DNA of 10,415 nt. Origin: Candidatus Hadarchaeota archaeon. Its GTDB lineage: Archaea > CAYQAE01 > CAYVLA01. Position numbers and translations under genes: made by a program. The notes beneath the pieces were generated by a model. The model made no database searches and was not told the DNA's origin. It saw only the letters and a list, made by a program, of their open reading frames with translations. This document shows, one piece after another, positions 7,941 through 10,415 of the stretch. Within the stretch, counting starts at the first letter, position 1. Each line of letters begins with the position of its first letter. Where the stretch lies: contig CAYVLA010000118.1 in assembly GCA_964452145.1 (NCBI GenBank), positions 1-10,415 of the forward strand. Direction: 5' to 3'.

Positions 7941-7950
7941 TATAAAAATG
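7941..7950 (-). promoter_or_regulatory. Putative TATA box of the TA operon
   Basis: Minus strand CATTTTTATA, ending 33 nt upstream of the toxin ATG at 7908. Confidence 0.6.
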
Positions 7951-8039
7951 CTATACGTGCTTCCCCAAACGTCCCTGTAGAATCAGCCGACCGCTTACTT
8001 CAGTACTTCAGCCATAGAATGCTTCTTGCTGAGGGGCAC

Positions 8040-8700
8040 GGCACCGGTGTATCCGCCATGCTTGAGATCGCACAGACACTAGTAGATGCGCTCAAGGATG
8101 GGTCTTGGTGGGTTGTGTTGGCTCTCTGAACTACGTTGCAGATCATGCAGAAGAGCTAAGCACCATCCGGGTGGTGTTCTGTCTAGATTGCCTAGGTGCA
8201 TCCAGGATGGTCGCTACATCGGTGAAGACCGGCAACGCAGCCGATGTCTACCATCTTCTCAATATGACTGCTTCGAGCCTGGGACTCAGCATCCAACGTG
8301 TCACCTACAGTGGCGACCACACTTCGTTTCAGGACCCCCTCAGCATCCTCGATTGGAGCCTGGGGGCCACACAGGTTCTCAGAGAAGAGCTTGTGCAGAT
8401 CGACGCTTTGAGGGAAAGCATCGGGGCGGGGTCTTCTCCAGCCTTCCAGAGGGACCTCTGGCAGGAGGGGAAGCAGAGATGGATTCACCAACCTATGAAA
8501 ATTCTACGACCGCGCTCCAACAAGGGTGGGTGACACCACAGAACCTTGAGCTTCAAACCAAAGCTGTGGCCCTGACGATCATCAGAATGGGCGAGGGATG
8601 GGTGACAGCGATGGTGCTTCTCGGGTTCTTCGTTGGAAGAGTGGCCTTGGGTCTTCGACAGAAAATGCTCCCGGATGTCCTTCCTTCAGCGCGGATATGA
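8040..8700 (+). pseudogene. Decayed M28-family metallopeptidase (C-terminal half, with a C-terminal hydrophobic anchor)
   Basis: M28 motifs appear in order across three frames: GTGVSAMLEIAQTL; then GCVGSLNYV, FCLDCLG, SGDHTSF, WIH; then TYENST..NLELQTKAVALTI and a hydrophobic tail. The N-terminal half and the catalytic EE segment are missing. Frame breaks at about 8104 and 8489. Confidence 0.75.
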
Positions 8701-8840
8701 CCGCCCTGATGCTTCGGACTCCACCGCCTCCGCATCCCTGAAGGGTTTCAGCGAAGGTATTCACATCGTTTCGGACGTCGGGCTGACGAGCTGGCAGAGA
8801 TGACGTCTTCGATGGGCGGAGGAAGTATACTGAATGCTGA

Positions 8841-8853
8841 GCAACCTATTTAT
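8841..8853 (+). promoter_or_regulatory. Possible BRE/TATA promoter of the serpin gene
   Basis: GCAACC followed by TATTTAT (8847-8853), about 36 nt before ATG 8889, in otherwise GC-rich intergenic DNA. Confidence 0.4.
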
Positions 8854-8888
8854 GGATGTCAGAAGCAACCAGATGTGAGGGGATTTGT

Positions 8889-10103
8889 ATGAGGCTTAGG
8901 AAGTGGGTTCCTGGAGCAGCTGTTCTGGCGATCTTGCTCCTGGTTCTGGCGGTCTTCCTGTCTCTTCTGGGAACTGAACCTGTGAGCTCGGTCAACCTGA
9001 CCAAACAAGACTTGGTCATTGTTCAACGCCACAACACCTTCGGGTTCAACGTGTTTCGCGAGCTCTGCAAAGATGGTGGGAACGTGTTCATCTCCCCGCC
9101 GAGCATTGCCTTGGCGCTGTCCATGACGTACAACGGGGCTCAGGGGGAAACCAGGCTCGCCATGGCGAAGGCCCTTTCAATCGAGGGCATCCCCTTAGAG
9201 GACGTCAACGCGGCGAGCGAGAAGATGCTGGCCCTTCTGCAGGGCGCTGATCCGGACGCAGAGCTGCTGGTTGCGAACTCCATCTGGGCTAGGAAGGGAG
9301 TGGAGTTCAAGGAGAAGTTCCTCCAAGACAACGAGCAGTTCTTCAGCGCCCAGATAGAGGTGCTCAGCTTCGATGAACTGGCTCTGAAGGCCATAAACGA
9401 CTGGGTCTCTAGGAACACCGGGGGCAAGATCCCGACCATCCTTGACCAGATCGACCCCTTGCACATAATGTTCCTGATCAACGCGATCTACTTCTCAGCG
9501 GAGTGGTCCGAGCCATTCAACCCGGACCTGACCAGGGAATTGCAGTTCACCCTGCGGAACGGCACCAAGAAGATGCACCCCATGATGAGCATGACCAATG
9601 CCGTGAAGGTCCCGTATCTGGAGACCTCCCAGTTTCAGGCTGTCAGACTGCCTTACGGCGAGTCCGGCAGGCTTGGAATGTACGTCTTCCTGCCTCAGGA
9701 CATCGATGAGTTCATCAAGGACCTCAGCATCAAGAACTGGAACAGCTGGATACAAGGATTACGGGAGGAGGAAGTAAGCATCGTGCTTCCCAAGGTCAAG
9801 TTGGAGTACTCAAAGCGGTTGAACGAGGTGTTGTCGGCGCTGGGCATGGGGATCGCCTTCACCCCCGTGGCTGATTTCGGAGGCATGGTTAACGGTGGAG
9901 CGCGGATTGATTTCGTGGACCATAAGACCTTCCTGAATATAGACGAGAAGGGCACCGAGGCTGCAGCGGCAACGGTGGTGGCTATCATGAGGGGTTCGAA
10001 GTTCCACATGCGGGTGAACAGGCCGTTCTTCTTCGCCATAGTGGACAGCGAATCAGGCAGCATGGTCTTCATGGGCCTAGTTGAGAATCCTACCCCAGAA
10101 TAG
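8889..10103 (+). CDS. Serpin (serine protease inhibitor, family I4) with an N-terminal signal peptide or membrane anchor
   Basis: Hallmark motifs NVFISPPSIALALSMTYNGAQGET, INDWVSRNTGGKI, LINAIYFSAEW, DEKGTEAAAAT and VNRPFFFAI..VFMGLVENP. ATG 8889 is preferred over 8856 because it follows GTGAGGGG and opens with MRLRK plus a hydrophobic helix. Confidence 0.96.
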   Translation: MRLRKWVPGAAVLAILLLVLAVFLSLLGTEPVSSVNLTKQDLVIVQRHNTFGFNVFRELCKDGGNVFISPPSIALALSMTYNGAQGETRLAMAKALSIEGIPLEDVNAASEKMLALLQGADPDAELLVANSIWARKGVEFKEKFLQDNEQFFSAQIEVLSFDELALKAINDWVSRNTGGKIPTILDQIDPLHIMFLINAIYFSAEWSEPFNPDLTRELQFTLRNGTKKMHPMMSMTNAVKVPYLETSQFQAVRLPYGESGRLGMYVFLPQDIDEFIKDLSIKNWNSWIQGLREEEVSIVLPKVKLEYSKRLNEVLSALGMGIAFTPVADFGGMVNGGARIDFVDHKTFLNIDEKGTEAAAATVVAIMRGSKFHMRVNRPFFFAIVDSESGSMVFMGLVENPTPE

Positions 10104-10415
10104 ATCTTGTGCGTGCGAGACGGTTCAGCTCATGGCTCGTCAGATGGTCCATGATCGTGATGAAGGCACTGTTAGCACACCCGGTGACAATGATGCAGTC
10201 CGGGAATGAACAAGGTCCTCCCGATGGGTTGTTAGCGGAAGACTCGCGAAAGTCTGCCAACGTCAGCAACTCAAGTCAGCGGATCATCGTCCCCCTCCCT
10301 GGGCCACATGTATCGTCAATCCTTGTTTTGATCAGTCCAGTCAGTCGGTGTGTTGAGCCTCGAGGAAGCTCTGCCTGACCATGCATATCCGTTTCACCCT
10401 GCTCGGACATATCCT

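Noticed and set aside
7929..8700. ORFs 7929-8129, 8105-8533 and 8086-8700 as three independent genes or a programmed frameshift
   Set aside because: They are consecutive pieces of one M28 pseudogene; no slippery sequence is evident and catalytic residues are missing.
8856..8888. Upstream ATG for the serpin
   Set aside because: It lies immediately after the TATA-like element and lacks an RBS; ATG 8889 gives a canonical signal peptide.
10109..10378. 89-aa plus-strand ORF after the serpin
   Set aside because: No RBS, motif or protein-like features, so it is probably spurious.
1..10415. tRNA/rRNA genes, transposases, integrases, reverse transcriptases
   Set aside because: None recognised on either strand by eye; small structured RNAs cannot be excluded without a covariance-model search.

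Overview
Accessory, patchwork region, probably from an archaeon (BRE/TATA-like promoters, many N-x-S/T sequons in surface proteins, C-terminal membrane anchors); the taxonomy is inferred, not shown. Contents from left to right: (1) a 5'-truncated WD40 beta-propeller ORF of at least 1299 aa that looks like two membrane-anchored propeller genes in one frame; (2) a short repeat/palindrome element; (3) a frameshifted membrane-anchored surface-protein gene; (4) a small exported ORF; (5) a lower-GC, coupled gene pair encoding a secreted neprosin/eqolisin-like (putative glutamic peptidase) protein and a membrane-anchored DUF4367-like partner; (6) a probable DUF2284 relic; (7) a toxin-first type II toxin-antitoxin operon with a DUF4258-like toxin and an antitoxin fusing a YgiT/MqsA-type Zn ribbon to an AbrB/MazE domain; (8) a decayed M28 peptidase; (9) an intact serpin with an N-terminal signal/anchor. 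The best candidates for something undescribed are the peptidase-partner pair and the Zn-ribbon-AbrB TA module. All family calls are by-eye motif recognition; no searches were run.
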